A stretch of 64,000 nt of DNA from an uncultured Spirochaetota bacterium (lineage in GTDB: Bacteria; Spirochaetota; Spirochaetia; SZUA-6; Fen-1364): contig CAWGAA010000001.1 in NCBI GenBank assembly GCA_963820525.1, positions 2,624,001 to 2,688,000 on the forward strand, written 5' to 3'. The notes beneath the pieces were generated by a model. That model saw only the letters and a program-made list of their open reading frames with translations, searched no databases and had not been told where the DNA came from. Shown piece by piece: positions 51,874 through 63,206 of this stretch (position 1 is the first letter of the stretch; every line of letters begins with the position of its first letter). Made by a program: the position numbers and the translations under genes.

Positions 51874-54060
51874 CTACGGCTTGTCCAGTATCTCACGCAC
51901 CTTGGCGAGAAACTCACGGGAACTGAAAGGCTTCTGCATGAAGTCCACGCCTGAGTCGAGAATACCGTGACGCGAAATGGCATTCGCAGTATACCCGGAA
52001 ACATAAAAAACTCTCACCCCAGGGCACATCTCTTCGAGCTTGCGCGCGAGCTCCTTCCCGCTCATACGTGGCATCACGACATCGGTAACCAACAGCGAGA
52101 CCGTGAGACTGCGGCTGGATACTTCGGACAAGGCCTCCTCTCCTCCCGACGCCTCGATGACGACGTATCCTCCGTCCTCCAACACGCCCCGCGTGAACCT
52201 CCGAACCGCCTCGTCGTCCTCTACGAGCAGAATCGTTTCTCTTCCCTTAATGGCAGTCGTCCCGGGTGCCGTAACCGAGGCTTTCTCGGGTTCCTTAAAG
52301 GTCAGCGGAAGGTAGATCGTAAACGTCGTGCCTTTGCCCAGCTCGCTATAGCAGTTGATGTAGCCCTCGCTCTGCTTCACGATTCCATACACCATAGACA
52401 GTCCCAGGCCGGTCCCTTTTCCCTTTTCCTTGGTCGTGAAGAACGGCTCGAAGATGTGCAAAAAAGTCTCCGGGTCCATCCCGCGTCCCGTGTCGCTTAC
52501 GGCGATGCAGACATACCGCCCTTCTCTCGCACCCGGGTGCTCTCGAACGTAGGCCTCGTCAAATGCCCGGTTGGACGTCTCGATCGTGAGCTTCCCTCCC
52601 GACGGCATGGCGTCACGCGAATTGACCGCTAGGTTCAGGAGGATTTGCTCAATCTGACCAGGGTCTGCCAGGAGGTTGCCCGTGTCGGGGTCGATGAAAG
52701 TCCGTAATTCGATATCCTCCCCTATGACTCGCACGAGCATCTTCTCCATGGAGCGAACGAGTTCTTTCGTATTGACCACATGGGGTCTCAATACCTGCTT
52801 GCGGCTGAACGCCAGGAGTTGAGCGGTGAGAGTTGCAGCCTTTTGCGCCGCGCGCGCGATCTCTACGATATCCTTTCTCAATACACTTTTCTCGGGCAGT
52901 CTTTCCCTGAGGACACTCGCAGTAGCCGCCGATGACTTGGAGAATGTTGTTGAAGTCATGCGCGATCCCCCCCGCCAATCGTCCGATGGCCTCCATCTTC
53001 TGCGCCTGATTGAGCTTTTCTGCGAGGGACTTCTCTTCGGTTACGTTTCTGCCATAGAGGTTGATATACCCCGCAGCGGCAAACGGCACAACTGTGACGG
53101 CGTACGTCATCGAGCCCTCGCGAACTTCGATCTCCTGCCGTTCGCCAGATTCCCATGCGCGCGTGAGCGCCCGCAAATACTCTCCAGGGACACTCTTGCC
53201 ACCGCTGCGCGCCCAGGAAGAGGTTAGCGGCTCGCTCGCCTTGTTCGCATAGATGATCGATCCATCCGACGCCACCCGCATGACAGGGTGGGGGTCCTCG
53301 TCAGGAAATCGCGCGAGACTCAAAACGCGTTCCTCAGCATGTTTGCGCTCAGTGATGTCACGCGAGATGCCGAAGGTCCCTATGATGCTTCCCTTTTGAT
53401 CACGTAAGGGCATCTTGCTTGTCAAAACCCATGTGTCGGGGCGATCTGGCCACGTCTCCCTTTCTTCCACGTTCACAATGGGCTGACCCGTGCGAATGAT
53501 TCGCTGCTCATCTTCGTAGGCCTGTCGGGCGTGTTCCTCTGAAAAGAAATCCATGTCCGTCTTGCCAATCACCTTGGAGGCATCGCTCAGGCCGAATATC
53601 TTCGCATGCGCCTTACTGTTGCGGATGAAGCGGCTTTCGGTATCCTTGAAGTAGACATAGTCCGGGATGTTCTCCATCAAAGCACTGAGGAGACTGCGCT
53701 CCAGGGCCAGCTCGGACTCCGCGCGTTTACCGGTTCGTGATATCATGTGCAATCCCCTGCATTCTTCCGTCCGCGAGCCTTATCGTACCCATCTCAGCCG
53801 GGAAAATGGATCCGTCTTTCCTTTTCATGGGCCTCTCGAATCGCGTTCTCTCACCCGATTGGATCTGGGCAGTACGCGCATATATTTCTTCTCGCAGCTC
53901 AAGATACCATCTGCAGCCTGCTCTATAACTCGGTAGCGCTGTTCGCTTCTTCGCAACGTCTCCTGCGCCTCTTTGCGCTCCGTGATGTCACGAGTGATGC
54001 CGAGAAGCCCGGTCACCTCTTTACGGGCGTCAACAAGAGGGATCGTCGTCGTCAGGATTT
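51874..54060 (-). pseudogene. Multi-PAS hybrid histidine kinase (PAS-HisKA-HATPase-REC) with several frameshifts and an eroded 5' end
   Basis: GIAHDFNN H-box is out of frame with QLLAFSRKQ (indel near 52915). Out-of-frame PAS remnants lie upstream (RKDGSIFPAE..HDIT; GLLGITRDITERK). REC domain has LLVTDVVMP. Confidence 0.85.
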
Positions 54061-54184
54061 ATCTCAGCCCGCTCGACACCGATTTGGACTTCTCTCTTTG
54101 GCGCCTTTTCTCTGTTTGCCATGCATCCCTTCACGAATTAACTGCTAAATACTATTTCTAAATAATTATATTGGGCTGCCGGGC

Positions 54185-54850
54185 GTGGGGTCAATCCCCT
54201 TGGATGGGGTGAACAAGCTAGGAGAGAACAAGCTGCGGATCTCCGAGATCCCCGCCATTCGGGATGTCTTCATGAGGCAATTCGCCTTGAAGACGAAAGG
54301 CTACTACAACAGGAACCTCCTGGCCGGGACCTATGAAATGCAGCAGGAAGCCCTGGCCGGGGGAACCGCCGCCATGGCGTTCCAGGCCGATTGGATGCTG
54401 CCCGAGATTGCACGGAAGTTTCCCGATGCCGTGGATTCCATCGGGTTTTTTCCCCTCCCGTCCGACACCGACGAGGGGATCGCTTCGCTGTACCCCCCGA
54501 AGCAGATTTTCGTGTCGAAGAAGGGACCCAATGCCAAGTCCGCGCTGAGCCTCGCGCGCTACATGACACGGACCGATTCGCTGAATATCTGGTACAAATG
54601 GAACCCGGGCATCCCCGTTTACGCGACCGCCACAGCGAAGCTTTTCGCGGGACAAGAGGACATCAATGGGTACGTGAAGGCGGGCAAGGGAATCGTACAG
54701 ATACAATTGCTGACGACGGCGACGTATGTCCCCGATTACGACAAGATTTGCCAGGAGTTCCTGATCAGCGGCGACGCCGACCGGGCCGTCAGGATCATGG
54801 ACGAGCGCTATCGCCAGAACGGGAAGAGCAAGCAACTTCCGGGATTTTGA
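54185..54850 (+). pseudogene. C-terminal fragment of a carbohydrate ABC transporter substrate-binding protein
   Basis: GGTAAMAFQADW, IGFFPLP and IFVSKK motifs; no signal peptide or N-terminal half, and no permease genes nearby. Confidence 0.7.
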
Positions 54851-54900
54851 GTGCTGCAGGGCGTGGTCGTACCAATTACCCAATCCGTCAATTCACCTCA

Positions 54901-56688
54901 TCACGTCTCCGCCCCGTACCAGAGCTTCCGCATCTCGACGCAGGTCTCGAGAAGCTCGTCCAGCTTTCCCATGGCCTCGATCCTTCCGTCCTTCATGACG
55001 ATGATCGAATCCGCGCGTCGAAGCGCCGGCTTCCTGTGCGAGACGACGAGACACGTCGTCGCCCTCCGCTCGAAGACGCGCTCCCAGAGCTTTGATTCGG
55101 TCTCCACGTCGAGAGCGCTGGAAAGGTCGTCGAAGACGAGGAGCTCGGGATCGCGGACGAACATCCTCGCCGCGGCCGCCCGCTGAAGCTGGCCGCCCGA
55201 GAGCTTCACGCCCTTCGGCCCGACTATGGTAGCGAGGCCTTCCTTCAGCCCGGCAAGGTCTTCTTCGAGCACGGCGAGCTTAATCGCCTCCCCAATGGAG
55301 GCGTCGTCTTTTCCCAACCCCATGAGGATGTTTTCACGAAGCGATTCGGAGAAGAGCCGGGGAACCTGCGCCGTGTAGGCGCATCTCGGGGGCACGAAAA
55401 AGGTATCAAGCGTATCGACCGGCTCTCCGTTCCAGAGAACCTTGCCCGCTTCCCGCGGAAGCAGGCCGAGGAGCACCCGGAGGGCCGTCGTCTTGCCCGA
55501 GCCGACGCGTCCGGTGAGCACGGTGAAGGAACCCCCCCCGATCTCGAAGCCCAGTTCCTCGATGCCCCGCCCGGTATCGGGATGATGATAGGTAAGGCTC
55601 GAGACCGTCAAACGCTCGAGCCGGTGCGCTTCGCACCTATCGGGATAGACGACGGGGGGGAGGTCTCCTTTGAGGTGGACCTCGGAAAACTCGATGAGCT
55701 CCTCCGGCCTGGCGTCGCCCATGAGCCGTTCCATCCTCTCCACCGAGACGCCGATCTGCTTGTACCTCGCCACGAGAAGGCCAATAAAGGTCGTCATCTC
55801 GCTGATGAACCCGAGATAGAAGGTAAAAAGCGAGAAATCCCCCACGGTAAAGGTTTTGTCCCCTATGGCTTTCGCGGACAGGATGAGCACGATACCGGTC
55901 CCAATGTTCGCTGCATTATTGAAGATCGAGTTGAGCATTTCGTTGAAAAGCCGGTCCTTGAGAGACGTAACTCGACGCTCCTCATTGATCTCGCGGAAAC
56001 GCCCTACGACGCCCTTCTCCGCCGCAGCCACCTTGATCGCCTGCACCGCCCCGAAGATCTCCCCGATGAAGCCGGTTACCTTGCCCGCCGCCTTCCTGCT
56101 CGCTTTACGGAACTGCTCGAACTTCGATGTGGCGAGGAAGGAGACGGCAGCGACCGCGAAGAAGGGCAGGATGGAAACGATCGTGATGAAGGGATTGATC
56201 GTGAACATCAGGACGAGCGCCGCGATACCGGCGAGGACATAGGCTGTGATATCGTTCATCCAGAGGGCGAAGAGGGGGATCTCGAAAACGTCGCCAAGGA
56301 AACGGCTGATGGCCTCCCCCGGGGAATCGGGCAGAGCCTTCGCACCTGGCCGCTTGAGGATCCGGCTGAGGAGGTTCTTCCGCAGAAGGGTCATCGTGTA
56401 AACCCAGAAGGGCACGTTCGTCTTGATTGCTCCGAGGATCCCCATGACCCCTCCGATCTCGCTCACGAAAAGGAGGGCAACGAGGGTCCAGAGGTTGAAG
56501 CCCACTTTCGCCTCACCGGTGACGAGATTGAAGAACTCGCGCGAGATGACGCCGGGCATCATGAAGAAGAACATGAGGAAGAGGAGTGAAAGAGTGTTGA
56601 GGAGCCAGAGCCGCGGCCGGAAGCGGATCGTCGCGAGGATCACCTTCCACGCGGGCAGCGACCCATTATTCTTCGATTCGCTGCTCAT
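54901..56688 (-). CDS. ABC exporter, fused TMD-NBD (heterodimer subunit)
   Basis: TM domain; [14 protein letters not shown] and [10 protein letters not shown] motifs. Confidence 0.93.
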   Translation of the reverse strand: MSSESKNNGSLPAWKVILATIRFRPRLWLLNTLSLLFLMFFFMMPGVISREFFNLVTGEAKVGFNLWTLVALLFVSEIGGVMGILGAIKTNVPFWVYTMTLLRKNLLSRILKRPGAKALPDSPGEAISRFLGDVFEIPLFALWMNDITAYVLAGIAALVLMFTINPFITIVSILPFFAVAAVSFLATSKFEQFRKASRKAAGKVTGFIGEIFGAVQAIKVAAAEKGVVGRFREINEERRVTSLKDRLFNEMLNSIFNNAANIGTGIVLILSAKAIGDKTFTVGDFSLFTFYLGFISEMTTFIGLLVARYKQIGVSVERMERLMGDARPEELIEFSEVHLKGDLPPVVYPDRCEAHRLERLTVSSLTYHHPDTGRGIEELGFEIGGGSFTVLTGRVGSGKTTALRVLLGLLPREAGKVLWNGEPVDTLDTFFVPPRCAYTAQVPRLFSESLRENILMGLGKDDASIGEAIKLAVLEEDLAGLKEGLATIVGPKGVKLSGGQLQRAAAARMFVRDPELLVFDDLSSALDVETESKLWERVFERRATTCLVVSHRKPALRRADSIIVMKDGRIEAMGKLDELLETCVEMRKLWYGAET

Positions 56689-58448
56689 ACGAGAACCTCT
56701 TCCATGCCCGTCGTGAGGAGAGTGGAGAATCTCGAGACCGCATCCGCAGCTAAAACGGTCCGTTTTCCATACTCGGCTACCCGCCCCTTTTCGAGGATGA
56801 GGATGTCGTCCGCTCTTGCCACCGTGCCCAGGCGGTGGGCAATGACTATGGCCGATCGGTTGTGCAGCAATTTGTCCACCGCACGCTCGATCAGCCGCTC
56901 AGTCGCCGGGTCCAGGCGCGAGGAGGCTTCGTCGAGGATGACCAGGCCGGGGTTTCTCAAGAATACCCTTGTGAAGGCGAGGAGTTGAGCTTCCCCCGCG
57001 GAGAGGCTCCTGCCTCCGGTCTCGAGCTTCGTGTCGAGCCCGTCGGGAAGTCCCGCGAGCCAATCGGAGAGCTCGAGCGTTCCGATCGCCCCTATGATCG
57101 CGGCGTCTGGAAAGCTCCGGTCGAAGAAAGTGATGTTGTCCCTGACCGTTCCCTGAAAGAGCTGGACATCCTGGGTCACCAGGGCGACTCGCTGGCGAAG
57201 ATCGGCGATCCGTGTATCAGCAAGGGGAATCCCCTCGAGGAGAATGCGCCCCTTCGAGGGCTCGTAAAGGCGGAAGATGAGGCGGGCAATTGTCGTCTTG
57301 CCGCTCCCCGTGCGTCCGAGGACCCCCAGGATATCCCCGTGCGGAAGGGAAAATCTCACGTCCTCGAGGACGGGCTCGTCCGCTATGTAGGAAAAACATA
57401 CCGATTCGAAATCGAGGCTGAGAGGTCTGTCCGGGGGCAGGGCAGGGCCGCGGCCATCGTCGATGGCCGGCGTGACCGCCTTGAGCTCTCGGATCCGCTC
57501 GACGCTTGCTCCGACGCTCTGAAGGCTGTCGATCTGCTGAGAGAGCTCGCGGATCGGCCGCGAGAGGAGGCCGATGTAGTAGATGAGGAGGAAGACGGTC
57601 CCCACCGTCATCATGCCCGCCCGATAGAGATGAAAGCCGGCGATAAAAGCGGCGGCGAACCCGAGGGTCAGCACCACACCGGCGATGAGACGAATCCACA
57701 AGTGCATCATCGCCGTATGCTTCCAGAGTCCGAGGATTTTCCGATGAACCCTGTAAAGCCCGTTCAAGACATGGGCGACCGCCCCGCAGGAACGGATGTC
57801 CTCGGTGCCCGCCAACCGCTCCTCGAGGAACCCGGAGAGATCGGTTGTCGCTTCCCTGAGAAGCTTCTCCGGCCCTACGGCGATGTTTTTCAGAAAGGCG
57901 AGGCTGGCGAGGGTGACCGCGGCGAAAAATGTAAACATCCCGCCGATCGCAGGATTCTCGAGGTAAAGAACGCCGAGGATGCCTGCCATGAGCAGAATAT
58001 TCGCGAGGATTCGAACAACGAGCTGGGAGAAAAAGTTGGAGAACTCGGCGACGTCGCCGTCGATGCGCTGGATGAGCTCGCCCGGCGTCGTGTTGTTGTG
58101 GTATCTCATGTCCAGGGACATGCAATGCTCGGCGAGGTCCGCGCGAAGCTCATTGGTCGCCTTCCATGCGAGGTTTTCCCCGACATATGCGGCGCCCACC
58201 GCGAAGACCTGCTGGAGCAAGGCTATGAGAATGAAGAGCACCGCCGAGAGTGCAAGGACGTGCCAAGCCTTTCCCGCGAGCGCGCCATCGATGACCGTGC
58301 GCATGATCTGCGGGTTGCCGAGCTGGAGAGCGATCCCGCTGAATATGAGGAAGGCCAGGAGAACGAAAGCAGGCTTCCGCTTCTTGAGGTACTTTGAAAG
58401 AATATCCCAATAGCCCCGGAAGGGTATTCTCGGACTTTTTTTCTTCGT
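56685..58448 (-). CDS. ABC exporter, fused TMD-NBD (heterodimer subunit); apparent ACG start codon
   Basis: [16 protein letters not shown] and [10 protein letters not shown] motifs. The frame with the first TM helix continues upstream of ATG 58304 to GAGGG-AAGT-ACG-AAG-AAA at 58448. Confidence 0.88.
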   Translation of the reverse strand, partial: TKKKSPRIPFRGYWDILSKYLKKRKPAFVLLAFLIFSGIALQLGNPQIMRTVIDGALAGKAWHVLALSAVLFILIALLQQVFAVGAAYVGENLAWKATNELRADLAEHCMSLDMRYHNNTTPGELIQRIDGDVAEFSNFFSQLVVRILANILLMAGILGVLYLENPAIGGMFTFFAAVTLASLAFLKNIAVGPEKLLREATTDLSGFLEERLAGTEDIRSCGAVAHVLNGLYRVHRKILGLWKHTAMMHLWIRLIAGVVLTLGFAAAFIAGFHLYRAGMMTVGTVFLLIYYIGLLSRPIRELSQQIDSLQSVGASVERIRELKAVTPAIDDGRGPALPPDRPLSLDFESVCFSYIADEPVLEDVRFSLPHGDILGVLGRTGSGKTTIARLIFRLYEPSKGRILLEGIPLADTRIADLRQRVALVTQDVQLFQGTVRDNITFFDRSFPDAAIIGAIGTLELSDWLAGLPDGLDTKLETGGRSLSAGEAQLLAFTRVFLRNPGLVILDEASSRLDPATERLIERAVDKLLHNRSAIVIAHRLGTVARADDILILEKGRVAEYGKRTVLAADAVSRFSTLLTTGMEEVLV

Positions 58449-58473
58449 ACTTCCCTCAGGCGACGCGGTGACT

Positions 58474-58502
58474 ACTCTATCCCCGCCCTACGGCGGCGTC
58501 AA
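58474..58502 (-). promoter_or_regulatory. sigma70-like promoter TTGACG-N17-TAGAGT for the ABC exporter pair
   Basis: Minus strand, about 25 nt upstream of the ACG codon. Confidence 0.55.
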
Positions 58503-58621
58503 GAGTTCGACATGTTCGATTTTAAGTGCCGAGTGCCGCAGGGCATGGTCACTAAGGAGTTGTTCACTCTGATTGATATTGCGTGGATCGAATTCCGCCT
58601 CTCCGCCCTCGACCCCGGTGC

Positions 58622-58935
58622 TTAGAGCTCCTTGGCCGTCACGTTTATATCGGGCAGCAGGATGTACGGCAGATTGAAATTGTTGTACACCCATGCCGTC
58701 TCCCGGCTGACCGCGCCGACATTCGTGAGCACATCGTAGATGTTGCCCGCGATGGCGGCGTTCTTCACCCGACCGGCGATTTCGCCCTTCTCGATCTTGA
58801 ATGCCAGACCCAGGGGGTTGGAGAATGCCCCCGATATGACATTGCCCTGACCCATGCCGACCACGTACTCCACCAGCAGGCCTTCGTCGATTCCTGAAAT
58901 TATTTCGGCAAGCGATACGATGCCGGGCTCCGCCG
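58622..58935 (-). pseudogene. C-terminal fragment of a TldD/PmbA family protein
   Basis: PG..SLAEIISGIDEGLLV...GNVISGAFS...FKIEKGEIAGRVKNAAIAGNIYDVL; only about 100 aa present. Confidence 0.8.
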
Positions 58936-59030
58936 ATCTTGGCACCAGCCTGTCACGCCTCGACTGTGATGTTTGTTTCCCTATTGTTCGGCATCCGTTG
59001 TGTGAGCCTGGAAAGGAGCGAGTCAGGCCT

Positions 59031-59666
59031 TCACAGACTGGATTTCTCTCCATTACCCTTCTGATTGCGGCAATGGGCAGCCCGAGTAGCGAGGAGGTGC
59101 GCCAGTCGGAGCGGCTCAGGCACGCGACTCGCGCGGATGCATGCCATGACCAGCCGTTCGGCGTCAGCCAGCTCCAGCAGGCAGCCGACGCTGACAAAGA
59201 TGGGCCGCGTTCCGGTTCGCGTGCGTAGCACCGTGCCGATCCGTTCTCCGCGATCGATCAGCGCGCTCCGCGATCCCGAAGCTTCGCCAGGGTCCTTGTA
59301 TTCGCCGATCAGCCGGCTCTTGGCGCAGCCGATCGTCGGGAGATCCATGGCCTTCCCCAGGTGGCAGGCGAGGCCGAATCGCAGGGGATGGGCAACCCCA
59401 TGTCCGTCGCAGAGAAGGACATCGGGAGTGCGGCTCAGGTGGCTCAGTGCTTCCAGCAGGCCCGGCAGTTCGCGCAGCGCCAGGAGGCCAGGCACATAGG
59501 GGAAGGAGACCCGGCTTTCCACGACCGCCTGTGCCCTCACGACGCCGGCCCCCAGGTCCCAGAGCACCGCCGCTGCCCAGCACCTGCCGGCGGATGTGCC
59601 GTCAGCGCCTTCGGTTTCTGCGGAATCGTAAGCTGCATCCAGGCCGGCGACGAGAGAGGCATCCAT
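59031..59666 (-). CDS. nfi: Endonuclease V
   Basis: VAGLDAAY, FPYVPGLLALRE, LLCDGHGVAHPLRFGLACHLG, TIGCAKS and PEPLRLAH; start uncertain. Confidence 0.9.
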   Translation of the reverse strand: MDASLVAGLDAAYDSAETEGADGTSAGRCWAAAVLWDLGAGVVRAQAVVESRVSFPYVPGLLALRELPGLLEALSHLSRTPDVLLCDGHGVAHPLRFGLACHLGKAMDLPTIGCAKSRLIGEYKDPGEASGSRSALIDRGERIGTVLRTRTGTRPIFVSVGCLLELADAERLVMACIRASRVPEPLRLAHLLATRAAHCRNQKGNGEKSSL

Positions 59667-59670
59667 ACGA

Positions 59671-60384
59671 TCAGGGTCCTGCACCGAGCAGTCCGGTAAA
59701 AGTCCGGGCATCATCAAGCATCGTTGCGTTGTTGAAGAGCACCAGCGCCCGTCGACCCTCGACGAGCGTACTGAGTCGGGTAAGCTCTTCGCCGGAGTAG
59801 TGATGGCTGTAGTGTACCCCGCCGTGCAGCCGCAGATACCAGGATTCCCCCCAGAGCGGGGTCCGCACCAGGGGATCCGTGCAGTGCAGGAGTCCAAGTT
59901 CCTTGCAGATGACGCGCACGGTATCCTCTGCCCAATCGCCCCGGGGTTCCCAGGCCATGAGAAACTGGCCCCGTTGGATGTCATCGAAGAACCGACGGAG
60001 GTTCCATACGTTTTCCTCGGTCTCAGAGAAGCTGGCCGGGCACTGGAACAACACGACCCTGCTGGCGAGCGCCTGGGCGATGGCCGCGGTCTGTTCCCAT
60101 GCCTCGCGCACTTCGTCAGTCGGCCGGAAGAAGCCGTAGTGATCCCTTTCCTCTTCAGCAATCGCCAGGCCGGATCTCCGATAGGTTGGGCTCGAAGGAG
60201 GATGCGTTATGAGCTGCGAGGCCTTCATTGTGAACGTGAAATCTTCGGGCGCTTCCCGGCGCCAGCGCAGGGCTGTCTGGAGACGCGGCAGCTTGTAGAA
60301 TGTCTGCTGTATCTCGACCAGAGGGAAGCTTCGGTAGTACTCCGCTTGAGCGCACGGGAACCCACAGCATCCGATGAGGATCAC
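59671..60384 (-). CDS. DUF72 (YecE-like) protein
   Basis: IGCCGF, VEIQQTFY, FTFTMKA..ITH, LFQCPASF, WEPR, YLRLHG and LFNN motifs. Confidence 0.92.
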   Translation of the reverse strand: MILIGCCGFPCAQAEYYRSFPLVEIQQTFYKLPRLQTALRWRREAPEDFTFTMKASQLITHPPSSPTYRRSGLAIAEEERDHYGFFRPTDEVREAWEQTAAIAQALASRVVLFQCPASFSETEENVWNLRRFFDDIQRGQFLMAWEPRGDWAEDTVRVICKELGLLHCTDPLVRTPLWGESWYLRLHGGVHYSHHYSGEELTRLSTLVEGRRALVLFNNATMLDDARTFTGLLGAGP

Positions 60385-60412
60385 AGCTTTCGGCCCTCGC
60401 CAGGAAGCTTGT

Positions 60413-60820
60413 TCATGGGCCGCCGGTGAAACTCTTTGTATAGCCAAAAAGGCGCTTGGCCAATAAAGGTTTGAAGAACAAATCGCTCCAGAAACCGAAT
60501 TTCCATGGAGCCAGGGCCTTGCGGATGAACTCGCGGTCGATTTTGTCGGTCAGGGGCCGGCATTGTCCTGCGACATCGCTCGCCAGATCCAGTTGAATGT
60601 CCGGGAATAGCGCTGGTTGGGCGGAAGTGAAATCGAAGTCGTCGAAATCCATATACCTGATCCGTTGGGCTTTGACCGAGCGGAAATACATCCTGCCCCT
60701 GGTGAGATCGCAGACTACCCTCCATTGGTTGTTGCCGCAATTGAGCTCGGTAAGGATGGTGAAGGCGCAAGTCGCTGGATCCGTCCCGCCGGAGGAGCTA
60801 CGGTTCCGACGCGCAGCCAA
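60413..60820 (-). pseudogene. Possible C-terminal fragment of a linear amide C-N (choloylglycine-type) hydrolase
   Basis: AFTIL...NQWRVVCDL.RGRMYFRS....IRYMDFDDFDF resembles the family C-terminus; no N-terminal catalytic part is visible. Confidence 0.5.
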
Positions 60821-61070
60821 TCCTTCATCCCCCCTCTCATGCCGAGTATAGCCAACAGCTCGTCGCGGGGAAACTGGTGGTTTATATCACGCAGCTTGTG
60901 ACCATCGGTGGAATGAACCACGCCATGAAGCTCGCCCCGTCTCCATTCGAGTAAGACGCGAGAACTGAAGGTGGGCGCCGCGGCAGGCGGGCCTTCGCTT
61001 TACAGCAAGCGGCGGGCAGCCGTCCAAAAGCCCGGCCGTGCGCCGCGTCAAAGGTTTCGACAGTCTTTGC

Positions 61071-61460
61071 CTATGCCTTCTTGTGCGCCGACTTTCTCTC
61101 GTCGATATCGTCAGGGTACGCCAGGGCTTCACCGCCCCGCTCCCCGGTTCTGATGCGCACCACATCGTGCACGGGGTAGGTGAATATGATTCCGTCCCCC
61201 TCGCTACCCGTGCGCGCGGCCCTGGTTATTGTCTCGATGGTTTTTTCCAGGTTCCGCTCGCTCAAGACGATGTTGAGCTGCAGCTTGGGAATCATGTCCA
61301 TGTGGTACGAGGTGCCTCTCCACGACAGCTCTATCCCTCCCTGGCGGCCGTGCCCGCGGATCTCGAAGACGTTCATTCCGACAATGCCGATATCGTGCAG
61401 GGCATCCTTGACGGCGTCCAGCGCCTCTTCCCTGATGATCGCTTCAATCTTGAAAATCAT
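61071..61460 (-). CDS. glnK: P-II family nitrogen regulator (GlnK/GlnB)
   Basis: KIEAIIR, GHGRQGG, PKLQL, ARTG..GDGIIF and VRIRTGERG; adjacent to amtB. Confidence 0.92.
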   Translation of the reverse strand: MIFKIEAIIREEALDAVKDALHDIGIVGMNVFEIRGHGRQGGIELSWRGTSYHMDMIPKLQLNIVLSERNLEKTIETITRAARTGSEGDGIIFTYPVHDVVRIRTGERGGEALAYPDDIDERKSAHKKA

Positions 61461-61471
61461 GGTTTTCTCCT

Positions 61472-63160
61472 TCACCTCTCACCACGGGCTTTTGCTGGAT
61501 CAGCCGGCCGGCCGGCATCCGCAAATCGCTTCCCATTTCCGTCATGTCCAGATCTCACCACGGGCATCTGCTGTGTCAGCCGGCCGCCCGGCATCCGCAA
61601 ATCGACGCTGGAGTATCCCGGCGCTCCCATTTCCGGCATGTCGAGGCCCATGATTTCGTACTGAGGCTTCACGCGAAGCAGCCCCATGGCGTTGAGCACT
61701 CTGAAGAACACGTAGGACAGGCCGAAGACGAACACGAGGATCGCCGCGCCTTCAAGGAGCTGCGCTGCAAGCTGGGACGCGTTTCCCGTGACCAGCCCGC
61801 GCACCGTACCATCCATCCCGTTCCAACCCGCGGACGCGGCGTTGCCGTTGGCGAAGATCCCCACGGAAACGATTCCCCAGAAGCCGTTCAGGAAATGCAC
61901 AGGCACGGCCCCCACGGGATCGTCAATGCGCGCCTTTTCCAGCACGGAGGCCCCGATGCAGACAAGCACGCCGGCAATGGTGCCGATGACAGCCGCGGAG
62001 ACCGAGCTCACGAACGCGCACGGAGCCGTGATGGCAACCAGACCCGCAAGGATCCCGTTGACCGACATGGCAGGGTCCGGCTTTTTGGTCGGGCCGAATA
62101 GCCACATAGAGAGCATGGAGGCGCAGCCCCCCATGGCGCCTGCGATGAGGGTATTCACTGCCGCGTTGGTTGCCAGCATCCCCCCGCTGCCCACGAAGGC
62201 GAGCGACGAGCCGGGGTTGAAGCCGAACCAGCCGAAGAACAAGATGATCGTCCCCAGAACGCCCATTGGGATATTGTGCCCGGGGAGCGCGTTTGCCGAA
62301 CCGTCGGCATTGAAGCGTCCGATCCGGGGCCCCAGAACGATCGCGCCCGCAAGCGCAATCGAGCCGCCGATCATGTGCACCACGCCGGAGCCTGCGAAAT
62401 CCACGGCGCCGTTTCCAAGCCCGGCAAGCCGGCCCAGGTTCTGCAGCCAGCCGCCACCCCACACCCATCCGCCCACAAGCGGGTAGACGACCATGCTCAC
62501 CCACAGGCCCATGATGCAGAACCCGCTGAACTTCAGCCGCTCTGCCATCGCTCCGGTCGGGATTGTCGCTGCGGTGTCCATGAACACCATCTGGAACAGG
62601 AAGAAGGCGAGGACACCGCTGTTCAACCCGATTCCCAGGAGCATGAACCCGCTCCCGCCAAGGACTCCAACCTGCCCGAAGCGCAGCAGAGGCCGCGCCA
62701 GGAGCCCTGCCCAGTCACCGAGGGTGGTAGGAGAATGCGCCCACTCTCCAGCCAGGGCGCCGGATGTCGAAACCGCCGGGTAGGCGGCGTTGACCGCGCC
62801 GAATTGGAACGCAAACCCCACGAGCCAGAAACCGAATGCGCCGATGCAGAACACCATCATATTCATCATCATCGTGTGCGCGACATTCTTGGTCCTGGTA
62901 AACCCCGTCTCCACCAGCGCGAAACCGGCCTGCATGAAGAAGACCAGGAATCCCGCTATGAGCATCCACATGATGTTGATGGAGTCAGTGGCCCCCTTGG
63001 CCGCCGAGGCCACGGAATCGAGCGTTGCATCTGCGGTATTCTGCGCGAAAATCGCGGGAGCCAGAAACATCATTACGAACGCCAGAAGCGGCGGCGCGAG
63101 CTTTCGAAGCAGGCTTCTCCGGGTTCTGTTCCCGGGACCTAAGTTAACATCCCTGTTCAT
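61472..63160 (-). CDS. amtB: Ammonium transporter
   Basis: FFMQAGFALVE, DFAGSGVVH, GWFGFNPGS, NGILAGLVAIT and DDPVGAVPVH motifs. Confidence 0.97.
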   Translation of the reverse strand: MNRDVNLGPGNRTRRSLLRKLAPPLLAFVMMFLAPAIFAQNTADATLDSVASAAKGATDSINIMWMLIAGFLVFFMQAGFALVETGFTRTKNVAHTMMMNMMVFCIGAFGFWLVGFAFQFGAVNAAYPAVSTSGALAGEWAHSPTTLGDWAGLLARPLLRFGQVGVLGGSGFMLLGIGLNSGVLAFFLFQMVFMDTAATIPTGAMAERLKFSGFCIMGLWVSMVVYPLVGGWVWGGGWLQNLGRLAGLGNGAVDFAGSGVVHMIGGSIALAGAIVLGPRIGRFNADGSANALPGHNIPMGVLGTIILFFGWFGFNPGSSLAFVGSGGMLATNAAVNTLIAGAMGGCASMLSMWLFGPTKKPDPAMSVNGILAGLVAITAPCAFVSSVSAAVIGTIAGVLVCIGASVLEKARIDDPVGAVPVHFLNGFWGIVSVGIFANGNAASAGWNGMDGTVRGLVTGNASQLAAQLLEGAAILVFVFGLSYVFFRVLNAMGLLRVKPQYEIMGLDMPEMGAPGYSSVDLRMPGGRLTQQMPVVRSGHDGNGKRFADAGRPADPAKARGER

Positions 63161-63206
63161 AGTAACCTCCTACTCCTTTTCCCCCCGAAAAGGATGCGGA
63201 GGATAA

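Noticed and set aside
59667..60161. 376-aa endonuclease V with a long N-terminal domain
   Set aside because: The extension is an alternative frame over the DUF72 gene.
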